From contig NC_009483.1 of assembly GCF_000016745.1 (NCBI RefSeq), positions 870,001-902,000 on the forward strand: a stretch of DNA of 32,000 nt, given 5' to 3'. Below the pieces are notes generated by a model. That model was not told the DNA's origin. It searched no databases and saw only the letters and a program-made list of their open reading frames with translations. The translations under genes and the position numbers were made by a program. The stretch is from Geotalea uraniireducens Rf4 (GTDB taxonomy: Bacteria > Desulfobacterota > Desulfuromonadia > Geobacterales > Geobacteraceae). Shown one piece after another: positions 1 through 8,109 of this stretch (position 1 is its first letter; every line of letters begins with the position of its first letter).

Positions 1-37
1 TTCCCCCACAAAAATACTGTAAATCCCCCTGCATACA
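1..37 (+). promoter_or_regulatory. Conserved upstream element, copy 1 (may be cut by the window edge); shared with 9544..9581
   Basis: 'ttcccccacaaaaatactgtaaatccccctgcataca' aligns by eye with 'tttcccctacaaaaaatcagtgatttcccggacataca'. Both copies lie 83-100 nt upstream of the first start codon of a surface-protein operon. The TTCCCC-like half sites are 23 nt apart in both. Confidence 0.3.
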
Positions 38-136
38 CGCTGTTCATCCTCTTGTATATTATACACAATTAAGCTTGTTCAAGCTTCTCTGCGAATACAT
101 CACTCGATACATAAAGATATCCGATTGGAGGGTTTC

Positions 137-1747
137 ATGAAAAACGTCGTACTTTTATTTTGTCTTTTCTGTCTGACCGCCTGCGGCGGCAGCAGCACCA
201 GTGTCGGTAACGGTTCCCGTACCGTCTCCGGCACGGTCACGGCAAACGGCGCGGCCCTGTCCGGAGCCACCATAACATTTAGCGGCACTGCATCCGGCAC
301 CGCAACCACCGGTTCAGACGGCGCCTACAGCTTTACCGGCGTCAATAACGGCACCTATCAGGTAACCGCCGCAAAAGCGGGCTATGTCGTTACTCCGGCC
401 AGTCTTTCGACGTCAGTCACAAATACTGATGTTACCGGGCAAAACTTCACCGCCATACCGGCAAACTACACCATATCCGGCAGCGTGACCTTTGCCGGTA
501 TTGCGCTCGAAGGGGCCACCGTAACACTGAACGGCACCTCCCTGTCCGGCACCTCATCCACCACCGCCACCACGGACGCAAACGGAACGTACAACTTCTC
601 CGTTTCTGACGGCAGTTATACCATCACCGCCGTAAAAACAGGCTATGTCCTTACCCCGGCCTCCCTTGCAGTGGCAGTTGATAATGCCGATGTCACCGGC
701 CAGAACTTCATAGCCGCTTCCGCGAGCTACACCATCTCCGGCACCCTGACATCGGGCGGCGCCGCCTTGTCGGGCGCAACCGTCACGCTCTCCGGAACAA
801 GTGCAGCAACCACAACCACCGATACAAGCGGCAATTACAGCTTCAGCGTACATAATGGCAGCTACACCGTAACCCCGTCAATGACCGGATACAATTTTAC
901 GCCAGCCAATCGTGCGGTAACGGTAAACAACGTCGATGCCACCGGCCAGAACTTCACTGCCGCCGATGCAACCTACACGCTCTCCGGCACCATAACCGTC
1001 GGCAGTGCGGCCCTGTCCGGCGTCACCGTAACATTGTCCGGATCAGGCAGCGGCACAACCACCACCGACGCAAGCGGCAACTATAGCTTTACTGTACTAC
1101 ATAACGCCAGCTACACCGTAACCCCGACAAAAATCGGCTATGGTTTCACCCCTGCCACCCAATCCGTAACCGTTGCCAATGCCGACGTTACCGGCAAAAA
1201 CTTTACCGCAACAGCAACATCGTCACCCACCTACTCAATTTCCGGCCTGGTGACCCTGAACGGCGCCGCTCTTTCCGGCGTCACCATCAGCGCCACCGGG
1301 GCGACTCCGGTCGTAACCGACGGAAATGGCGCGTACACCATCAGCGGCCTTGCCAGCGGCAGCTACACGGTGACCGCGGCCAAGACCGGCTATACCCTGT
1401 CGGCCGGCCAGTCCGTCACCATAAGCAGCGCCAACGTAACCGGCACGAATTTTACCGCAACAGCGCTGCCGTCACCTACCTACTCAATTTCCGGCCTGGT
1501 GACCCTGAACGGTTCCGGTCTCGCCGGTGTCGCGGTGGCGCTCACCGGTAGCGGCGCCGCAAACACCACGACCGATGCAACCGGCGCATACACCTTTGCC
1601 GGGGCGCAAAACGGCAGCCATACGGTCACTCCGACACTGAGCGGGTATCTGTTCACTCCGGCCAGCGCCTCTGTAACTGTCAGCGGCGCTGACTCGACCG
1701 GCAACAATTTCACGGCAGCCACCGGCACTGTAACAGTCACTTGGTAA
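137..1747 (+). CDS. Surface lipoprotein made of six tandem ~85-aa carboxypeptidase-regulatory-like (CarboxypepD_reg-type) beta-sandwich repeats
   Basis: ORF 125..1747. GGAGGG at 128-133 precedes ATG 137. The N-terminus MKNVVLLFCLFCLTAC gives a signal peptide plus lipobox. Six repeats follow the pattern SG.VT..G.ALSGATVTL.G...TTTD..G.Y.F.V..G.YTVT..K.GY.F.P....V.V...DVTGQNFTA. Confidence 0.85.
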   Translation: MKNVVLLFCLFCLTACGGSSTSVGNGSRTVSGTVTANGAALSGATITFSGTASGTATTGSDGAYSFTGVNNGTYQVTAAKAGYVVTPASLSTSVTNTDVTGQNFTAIPANYTISGSVTFAGIALEGATVTLNGTSLSGTSSTTATTDANGTYNFSVSDGSYTITAVKTGYVLTPASLAVAVDNADVTGQNFIAASASYTISGTLTSGGAALSGATVTLSGTSAATTTTDTSGNYSFSVHNGSYTVTPSMTGYNFTPANRAVTVNNVDATGQNFTAADATYTLSGTITVGSAALSGVTVTLSGSGSGTTTTDASGNYSFTVLHNASYTVTPTKIGYGFTPATQSVTVANADVTGKNFTATATSSPTYSISGLVTLNGAALSGVTISATGATPVVTDGNGAYTISGLASGSYTVTAAKTGYTLSAGQSVTISSANVTGTNFTATALPSPTYSISGLVTLNGSGLAGVAVALTGSGAANTTTDATGAYTFAGAQNGSHTVTPTLSGYLFTPASASVTVSGADSTGNNFTAATGTVTVTW

Positions 1748-1759
1748 GGGGATAACGAC

Positions 1760-2989
1760 ATGACACTATTTAATACGCAGACACTCAAACATCTTGTCAT
1801 CATCATGCTTCTGGTCCTGGTCAGCGGATGCAGCGGCACATCGGCAAACGGCACCGGCTCCATTGCGGCAAAACTCGCCTGGCGTACCAGTAAAGTCGCG
1901 GTCAAGGGCGTCGCAGCATTGCCTGCGGCTCCTGCCGGTGTGGTGACGGTCAGGATCATTATTTCCGGCAGCGGCATGACCACCATGCAGCAGGACTTTG
2001 CCGCTTCCGCCGGTACCGGATCTATCAGCGGTGTTCCTGTCGGCGGCAGCCGGACGGTGACAGTCCGGGGGCTGGACAGCTCGGGGGCCGTGTTATATGA
2101 AGGCGCGGTTGGCAATATAACCGTACAGCAAGGCCTGACCACCGACGCGGGAACCATTACCATGCTTCCGCTTGCCGCGCCGGATGCCCCTTCCGGCCTG
2201 TCGGCGACGGCGGTTTCCATCTCGCAGATCAACCTTGCCTGGACCGATGCCAGCGTCACTGAAACCGGTTTCAAAATCGAACGCAAAACAGGTTCCGGCG
2301 GGACCTATGCGCAGATCAACACGGCGGCCGCCAATGCCGTCAGCTATGCCGATACCGGTTTGACGGCGGCAACCACCTACTATTACCGGGTACGGGCAAC
2401 AAACAGCGCCGGTGATTCGGGGTATACCGTCGAGGCACATGCGACAACGCCCACTATCCAGCTTCCCAAAACCGGTCAAACGATCAGCCAGGCTGCTGGT
2501 GATGACGGCGCTTTGCAGAAAGGGGTTGCCTGGCCCAGCCCGCGCTTTACCGACAACTCTAACGGCACGGTTACCGACAACCTGACCGGGCTGGTGTGGC
2601 TGAAAAATGCCAACTGCACCGATACTGCTGGCGTACCCAAGGCGAGTGGTTATCTCACCTGGTATGATGCCATGAACTGGTGCAATAACCTGGCTGCCGG
2701 AGTCTGCGGCCTCAGCGACGGTTCCACTGCCGGCCAATGGCGTTTGCCCAATCGCAATGAGTTGCAGAGCCTGGTGGATCGCTCCCAATACAGCCCGGCG
2801 CTTCCGTCTGGCCACCCTTTTACGGGCGTCCAGGGGACGCGCTACTACTGGTCGTCCAGCAGCATCGTGGTCGATAGCAGCAACGCCTGGGTCATGGAAC
2901 CGGTCTATGGCAGCATGATGGTCGGCGGTCCCGGCTGGGGCGATAAGATGACCGTCAACTATGTGTGGCCCGTTCGCGCGGGACAGTAG
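1760..2989 (+). CDS. Lipoprotein with a fibronectin type III domain and a C-terminal DUF1566 (Lcl C-terminal, lectin-like) domain
   Basis: AAGGGG RBS then ATG 1760. Lipobox LVLVSGC. FN3-like segment 'PDAPSGLSATAVSISQINLAWTDASVTETGFKIERK...YYYRVRATNSAGDS'. DUF1566-like segment 'LPKTGQT...GDDGALQKG..WP.PRFTDN.NGTVTDNLTGLVWLKNAN...WRLPN..EL.SL...YWSSSS...VWPVR'. Confidence 0.85.
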   Translation: MTLFNTQTLKHLVIIMLLVLVSGCSGTSANGTGSIAAKLAWRTSKVAVKGVAALPAAPAGVVTVRIIISGSGMTTMQQDFAASAGTGSISGVPVGGSRTVTVRGLDSSGAVLYEGAVGNITVQQGLTTDAGTITMLPLAAPDAPSGLSATAVSISQINLAWTDASVTETGFKIERKTGSGGTYAQINTAAANAVSYADTGLTAATTYYYRVRATNSAGDSGYTVEAHATTPTIQLPKTGQTISQAAGDDGALQKGVAWPSPRFTDNSNGTVTDNLTGLVWLKNANCTDTAGVPKASGYLTWYDAMNWCNNLAAGVCGLSDGSTAGQWRLPNRNELQSLVDRSQYSPALPSGHPFTGVQGTRYYWSSSSIVVDSSNAWVMEPVYGSMMVGGPGWGDKMTVNYVWPVRAGQ

Positions 2990-3178
2990 CTTGTTGGGGT
3001 ATTTGGTGATGCAGGGTTCGTTATGGCCATCTGCCCATCTCGCGCAGCGCCATGAAGCGGGCGGCGCATCCGGAGAACAGGGTACGTGGCTTCCCACGGC
3101 AGGTGAAATACACCCTGGGGAGTGAAATGCGTGTCGCCGCACAGCGAAAGTAGCACTATACAAACCGGAGGAACAGAT

Positions 3179-4192
3179 ATGAACAAATTGATTACCGCAC
3201 TCAGCCTGGTGTGTCTGACCATTGCAGCAGTGGCTTTTGCTGTCACAACCGGTACGATCCAGCTTCCCAAAACCGGTCAGACCACCAGCTATGCCGCCGG
3301 TGACGACGGCGCCCTGCAAAAAGGAGCTGTTGCGCCATCCCCGCGCTTTGCCGACAATGCCGACGGCACGGTTACCGACAACCTGACCGGGTTGGTATGG
3401 CTGAAAAACGCCAACTGCACCGATACCGTTGGCGGCATAAACAGGGCGGATGGCTATCTCACCTGGGCTGATGCCCTGACCTGGAGCAATAACCTGGCTT
3501 CCGGAGCCTGTGGCCTTAGTGACGGCTCCACCGCCGGCCAATGGCGCTTGCCGAACAGTACCGAGTTGGACAGCCTGGTAGATATCGAACACCGCGGTCC
3601 GGCGCTGCCCGCCGGCCACCCCTTTACGGGCGCCCAGTTGGGCATATATTGGTCGTCCAGCAGTTCCGCAGGCGATAACACCTACGGTTGGGGCATAGAT
3701 ATGAATACTGGCGACATAGACCACGGCTATCCTAAGAGCATCGGCCTTTATGTCTGGCCCGTTCGCGCGGTACAAGGAAATATTAAACCGGATGCAGCCA
3801 CGGTAAAAGCAGCCTATGACACCGTCAACGACAACGTGAATTATTTATGCAGCGCCGACGTAAACAACGATATAGCAACTGCTACCGCACAAGATCTCTC
3901 GTATGCCGGCGGGACGCTGTCGGTTCACGTTACTCCGACGGCAGGAACATCATTTCCCGTCACCGTCGTTTACACCATGGATAACTTTGTTGCGGGCCCT
4001 TATATCGTCAGCGGCAGTCAGACAGCGCTTATCACAAGCCCTTCCGGCTGGACCGCGACCGGCTCCCTGACCGGCACCGGCAGTGTCATAAGCAGCTTGC
4101 TTTCGAACATGGTAAATACCTCGGGTACGACAACCGGCACGCTGACCGTCAATGGCTATCCTTATGATTACGCAACTGGCGCTTACAAGTAA
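3179..4192 (+). CDS. Secreted DUF1566 domain protein, a tandem paralog of the C-terminal half of 1760..2989, with an extra C-terminal domain of unknown function
   Basis: The ORF is open from 3122, but GGAGGA plus ATG at 3179 gives the Sec-type leader MNKLITALSLVCLTIAAVAFA. It has the same LPKTGQT...VTDNLTGLVWLKNANCTDT...GQWRLPN...VWPVR motifs. The DNA is highly similar to 2455-2985. Confidence 0.85.
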   Translation: MNKLITALSLVCLTIAAVAFAVTTGTIQLPKTGQTTSYAAGDDGALQKGAVAPSPRFADNADGTVTDNLTGLVWLKNANCTDTVGGINRADGYLTWADALTWSNNLASGACGLSDGSTAGQWRLPNSTELDSLVDIEHRGPALPAGHPFTGAQLGIYWSSSSSAGDNTYGWGIDMNTGDIDHGYPKSIGLYVWPVRAVQGNIKPDAATVKAAYDTVNDNVNYLCSADVNNDIATATAQDLSYAGGTLSVHVTPTAGTSFPVTVVYTMDNFVAGPYIVSGSQTALITSPSGWTATGSLTGTGSVISSLLSNMVNTSGTTTGTLTVNGYPYDYATGAYK

Positions 4193-4217
4193 CCACCATA
4201 ATTAAGGAGGAATGAAA

Positions 4218-5030
4218 ATGTCACAGGGCGTTCGGGTATATGTTTGTGCAAGATCTATGCATCTTTTTCTCGTACTAAAATATGATGATGATCCCAATGA
4301 TCTCCATAGCGCTGTACATCCACCAAAAACCTGGTTTGATATGGATTTGTACTATGCCTCACTCACGTTGGAAAAACCGGAAAAACCGGCCCTGCCGGCG
4401 TTATGCCTCTATGAATCTTGTTGGAACTGGTGGGTAACAGTATTTGACGCGAACAACGCTGGTTTGTTTAACAATACGTTCCCTCCTGGTCATGTCAGCA
4501 TAAACGATAGTTTGCCCAACGGGCTCCAGCCTAATTTTAGCGACCCAGACAATTTCAACCGTTTGCAGCAGACCAACACCCAAGCAGTGGGTGCGCAATT
4601 ACGCACTACCCCGGGCGAAACGTGGTCAGAAGAACCAGGATCATCGATCCATGAGATAACGGAATATAATACCCTTGCCGGCAGTAACGGTCACATGGTG
4701 AGCGGAGATGAATTTGTTAAAGCGCTCATGGGGTGTTTTAATAATTACGTTAATAATTACAATGTTAGACTAGCCTGTGTTCCATACTTGGTGGATCGCA
4801 CGAATTGCATCTCGTTTGTTATGTCGCTGTTAAATGCGACGTTTTTGGATTTGGGTGTTGGAGATCAAAGTTTTTGTAAATCATTTCTCCTGAAGAACAT
4901 AAAACCTAAAATTGATTTGATTTTTTGTGGGGATATGGGCGCGGATATCATAATTGCTCCTGCGTTTTTTAAACCGAACTGTAATCCTTTCCCGACGTAT
5001 GAAGGCATGTGGAGTAGCATATATTCGTAA
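4218..5030 (+). CDS. Hypothetical cytoplasmic protein (orphan, visibly AT-richer than its neighbours)
   Basis: ORF 4212..5030. AAGGAGG at 4204-4210 favours ATG 4218 (MSQGVR...). No signal peptide and no domain I recognise with confidence. A rho-independent terminator follows. Confidence 0.7.
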   Translation: MSQGVRVYVCARSMHLFLVLKYDDDPNDLHSAVHPPKTWFDMDLYYASLTLEKPEKPALPALCLYESCWNWWVTVFDANNAGLFNNTFPPGHVSINDSLPNGLQPNFSDPDNFNRLQQTNTQAVGAQLRTTPGETWSEEPGSSIHEITEYNTLAGSNGHMVSGDEFVKALMGCFNNYVNNYNVRLACVPYLVDRTNCISFVMSLLNATFLDLGVGDQSFCKSFLLKNIKPKIDLIFCGDMGADIIIAPAFFKPNCNPFPTYEGMWSSIYS

Positions 5031-5130
5031 CTGCTCACCACACCCCGACCTGTGCATTGATGGCTGTCGCCGACAGCCCGTTCGCTGCCGGTGAGTAAGT
5101 TTAGCAGGGTCAATCGTTGGAAGAGCAAAA

Positions 5131-5163
5131 GGGTCTGCGTTTTGATAAGCAGACCCGTTTTTA
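5131..5163 (+). terminator. Rho-independent terminator of the 137..5030 operon
   Basis: 'gggtctgc'-loop 'gttttgataa'-'gcagaccc' followed by 'gttttta'. Confidence 0.7.
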
Positions 5164-5170
5164 CCTGAAT

Positions 5171-5287
5171 ACTTCCGGGGTTGCCGAGAGCAGCGACAGC
5201 CTTAGAAGCGCCGATGAGGTACTCAGGGCGGCGGACAAGGCCCTCTACCGGGCCAAGAGCAAGGGACGAAACCAGCTGAGTAAATAA
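5171..5287 (+). pseudogene. 3' remnant of a GGDEF-domain diguanylate cyclase gene (last ~39 codons only)
   Basis: The frame ending at TAA 5285-5287 reads 'TSGVAESSDSLRSADEVLRAADKALYRAKSKGRNQLSK'. This matches the typical GGDEF C-terminus (T.S.GVA.....ll..AD.ALY.AK..GRN). There is no start codon and no upstream GGDEF core. In the same frame a stop lies at 5102-5104, and the terminator hairpin sits directly upstream. Confidence 0.55.
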
Positions 5288-5425
5288 ATATAAATATTAG
5301 AGCTATTTATTGATTTTGCTGCCGCTCCGTGCGAAGATGCAACCGCTGAATTTTTTCATGAAGTGGTGTTAGTTCGGGCGGGCGGTGGGCGCCCTTCCTC
5401 AGTTTACCTCATATTCCCACAACTT

Positions 5426-7408
5426 ATGACCGTGAAAAACCTGAAGCAAATACTGCTGGTTGTGCTGATCATGCTGATTCCCATCAGTTGGGGGTGCAGC
5501 GGTAATAAAGATGCGGCACTGCTTGCCCGGCAAGGCGTAATCGATCTTTCCAAATTGGATATGATGCGCTTTGATCCTGTCCGTCTCGACGGTGAATGGG
5601 AGTTCTACTGGAATCAACTGTTGTCGCCGGAGGATTTCCGTGGGGCGCAGGTCCCTGTTGCTACCGCCTTTCTTACACTTCCCGATGCCTGGAACGGCTT
5701 TAAACTCAATGATAAAAAACTGGGAGGAAAGGGATTCGCCACCTTCCGACTGCGGATTCTGCCTGGATCAGGAAAACGAGAGCTGTCACTGCATTTTGAT
5801 GATGTGTATTCTGCCTATAAGCTCTGGGCAAACGGCAAACTTCTTGTCGAAAGCGGTGTGGTCGGCAAGGATGCCTCCGAGGAGACTCCCAACCAATCCA
5901 TCCAGCAGCCCAGGTTATACATTGGAGACCAGCCTATCGAGCTGGTGCTGCAGATATCCAATCACCACTATCGTGAAGGCGGCGTTGTTTCCTCCATAAA
6001 ACTTGGGCCGGCAGACAAGCTGGAGGCGGCACAGCTGAGGGCGTGGGGACTGGCCCTGTTTTGTATCGGCAGCCTGATGGTGATGGGGATCTACCATATC
6101 GTCCTGTTCTGTTTCCGCAGAAAGAATATAGCGCCTCTTTATTTCGGTATTTACTGCCTCTTATGGATGGCATACTCATTTACCTCCAACTCGAACGGTT
6201 GGGTTGTGCATCTTTTCCTTGGAAATATTCCTGTCCAGTTTTTGAATCGGATTGACCTTTTCTGTTTTGTGATTTCGGTTCCCGTTGGCTACAGTTTTCT
6301 CCGCACGCTGTATCCCAAGGAGTTCTCACGCCGCCTCCAGCACGCAGCATGGGGGTTGGCTTCCGTCTTTGTGGTTATGGGGCTTGCTGTCTCAACCATG
6401 TCATTCACCACCGCCATTCCCACATATTATCTCGTTTCAATAGTAATGATTCTGTACTCTATTGCCATGCTTTCCAGGGCAATGCACAGGGGGCGGGAAG
6501 GGGCTTCCTTTATTCTCCTGGGCTTCATCGCTCTGGGGTTTGCCGGTATAAATGACATGCTCTGCGATTTACAGATGATACGTTCGGTTTATCTGATTCA
6601 CATAGGTATGTTCGTCTTCATTCTATTTCAGGCAGTTGCCCTGTCTTTACGCTTTTCCAAGGCCTTCTCCGCGGTAGAACAGTTGTCCGACGAACTGTCG
6701 GATAAGAATCTGGCCCTGGAAGAGGAAATAGCTGAAAGGACCAGACTGGAACGTGAGATCGTGAATGTCAGCGAGGACGAACGCCGACGCATCAGTCACG
6801 ATCTGCATGACGGGCTTTGCCAGCAGTTGACCGGCGCCAGGCTGCATTTTTCCGTGCTGGAGCGGAAACTGGAGGGTGCAGGACGGCAACAGCCGGAAAT
6901 GACACAACTCTCGTCACTGCTTGAGGAGTCGGTCAACCACGCCTATGATCTTTCGCGCGGTCTTTGGCCGGTGGAACATGACCCCCACGGGGTCAGTCCC
7001 TCCCTGGAAGAGTTGACCCGACGTCTGGCCGAGTCCAGCGGAATTGCCATTAAGTTCAGCCAGGAACGCGGCTGCGTACATTGCTCGAATGCCGGTTTGA
7101 CCCAATTGTTTCGCATTGCCCAGGAAGCAATCACCAATGCAGTGAAGCATGCCCGGGCAAGCCGTATCGATGTCGCCCTGAACTGTCAAGACCGTAATAG
7201 TGTCTCTCTGGCAGTGCATGACAATGGTGTCGGCAGGAGCGCCGCATCCGGAACAAAAGGTGGGATGGGCATGGGGATCATGTCCCATCGAGCCAAGATT
7301 ATCGGCGGTATGTTGTCTGTTTCAGATGCAGAAGGCGGGGGGACGCTGGTTACCTGTACGGTTACCTGTGAAGCCGAATTGACGGAGGGTAAACCGGATG
7401 GCAGATAA
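5426..7408 (+). CDS. Sensor histidine kinase: 7TMR-DISMED2-like periplasmic domain, 7 TM helices, then HisKA_3 and HATPase_c (NarX/LiaS-type)
   Basis: The ORF is open from GTG 5363. ATG 5426 gives the leader MTVKNLKQILLVVLIMLIPISWGC. 'DGEWEFYWNQLLSPEDF...LPDAWNG...GFATFRLRI' is typical of 7TMR-DISM extracellular domain 2. Seven hydrophobic helices follow. H-box 'ERRRISHDLHDGLCQQL'. N/G boxes 'EAITNAVKHARA...DNGVG...GMGIMSHRAKIIGG'. Confidence 0.85.
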   Translation: MTVKNLKQILLVVLIMLIPISWGCSGNKDAALLARQGVIDLSKLDMMRFDPVRLDGEWEFYWNQLLSPEDFRGAQVPVATAFLTLPDAWNGFKLNDKKLGGKGFATFRLRILPGSGKRELSLHFDDVYSAYKLWANGKLLVESGVVGKDASEETPNQSIQQPRLYIGDQPIELVLQISNHHYREGGVVSSIKLGPADKLEAAQLRAWGLALFCIGSLMVMGIYHIVLFCFRRKNIAPLYFGIYCLLWMAYSFTSNSNGWVVHLFLGNIPVQFLNRIDLFCFVISVPVGYSFLRTLYPKEFSRRLQHAAWGLASVFVVMGLAVSTMSFTTAIPTYYLVSIVMILYSIAMLSRAMHRGREGASFILLGFIALGFAGINDMLCDLQMIRSVYLIHIGMFVFILFQAVALSLRFSKAFSAVEQLSDELSDKNLALEEEIAERTRLEREIVNVSEDERRRISHDLHDGLCQQLTGARLHFSVLERKLEGAGRQQPEMTQLSSLLEESVNHAYDLSRGLWPVEHDPHGVSPSLEELTRRLAESSGIAIKFSQERGCVHCSNAGLTQLFRIAQEAITNAVKHARASRIDVALNCQDRNSVSLAVHDNGVGRSAASGTKGGMGMGIMSHRAKIIGGMLSVSDAEGGGTLVTCTVTCEAELTEGKPDGR

Positions 7409-8036
7409 AGAAGAAAGTGCCCGCATTTTCCTGATCGATGACCATCCTGCGGTGCTGCAGGGGTTAAAGTTGTTGCTTTCTCAGGCGTCTCACATCGTCT
7501 GCGGCGGGGCGAAAAACAGAATCGAGACCTTTGAGCGGATCGGATCATCCTGTGCTGATATTGCGCTTCTGGATCTTTCTCTTGGTGAAGAGAGCGGGCT
7601 TGAACTCATTGCGGGATTACGCGAGCTCGGCATTGCCGTGCTGGTTTACTCCATGCACGAGGATTCCGACACAATTGAAAAGGCTTTTGCCGCCGGAGCC
7701 AATGGCTATGTTTCCAAGCGGGAGGTGTCGGAAGTCCTGCTTACAGCGGTATCGGATCTCCTGGCCGGGAGGCGTCATGTAAGTCCGCAGGTTGCCCAGA
7801 GTCTGGCGAACATGGCAATCTCTTCGCCGAAGGTGAATCGGGAAACCGTACTTAGCGAGCGAGAACAGCAGATTTTGACCATGCTTGGCCAGGGTGAAGC
7901 GAATTCGGATATTGCCGCAGCCTTTGACATCGGCCTCCGCACGGTGGAGACATACTATGCCAGGATCATCGACAAGCTGAACCTGGACGGCATGAAGGAG
8001 CTCAGGCGTTATGCCATAAGAATGAAACCGAAGTAG
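7398..8036 (+). CDS. NarL/FixJ (LuxR-type HTH) family response regulator
   Basis: It overlaps the kinase stop by 11 nt, with GGAGGG 8 nt upstream of the ATG. REC motifs 'IFLIDDHP' and 'IALLDLSL'. C-terminal 'LSEREQQILTMLGQGEANSDIAAAFDIGLRTVETYYARIIDKL'. Confidence 0.9.
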   Translation: MADKEESARIFLIDDHPAVLQGLKLLLSQASHIVCGGAKNRIETFERIGSSCADIALLDLSLGEESGLELIAGLRELGIAVLVYSMHEDSDTIEKAFAAGANGYVSKREVSEVLLTAVSDLLAGRRHVSPQVAQSLANMAISSPKVNRETVLSEREQQILTMLGQGEANSDIAAAFDIGLRTVETYYARIIDKLNLDGMKELRRYAIRMKPK

Positions 8037-8109
8037 GTCCATCGCTGTAACCGGCTGCACTTGGAACATCCCGCAAAAGCCTTTCCCTCTCCCTTGACGT
8101 AAGAAATGT

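Noticed and set aside
125-136. Upstream alternative starts suggested by the ORF track: TTG 125, 3122, ATG 4212, GTG 5363, GTG 16711, 26152 and 28548.
   Set aside because: In each case an internal ATG or GTG has a better-spaced Shine-Dalgarno sequence. That internal start also yields a canonical signal peptide or lipobox, or the conserved N-terminus seen in the paralog. The extended N-termini look non-native.
3100-3178. Possible c-di-GMP (GEMM-I-like) riboswitch, suggested by 'cgcacagcgaaag...caaaccgg'. A second hint, 'cccgcaaagccgg', lies at 19915-19935.
   Set aside because: Only isolated fragments resemble the GEMM consensus (GCACAGGGCAAACC ... GACGCAAAGCC). The paired P1/P2 architecture and tetraloop-receptor arrangement cannot be built by eye. 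An Infernal scan would be needed to revive this.
2093-3775. 560-aa minus-strand ORF. Similar long antisense ORFs occur at 1480..2286, 12382..12903, 22736..23290, 23872..24357, 25040..25779 and 26022..26417.
   Set aside because: All lie antisense to plus-strand genes that have clear signal peptides and recognisable domains. Their translations are low-complexity G/A/R/P-rich strings typical of shadow frames in GC-rich DNA, and they have no RBS or recognisable motifs.
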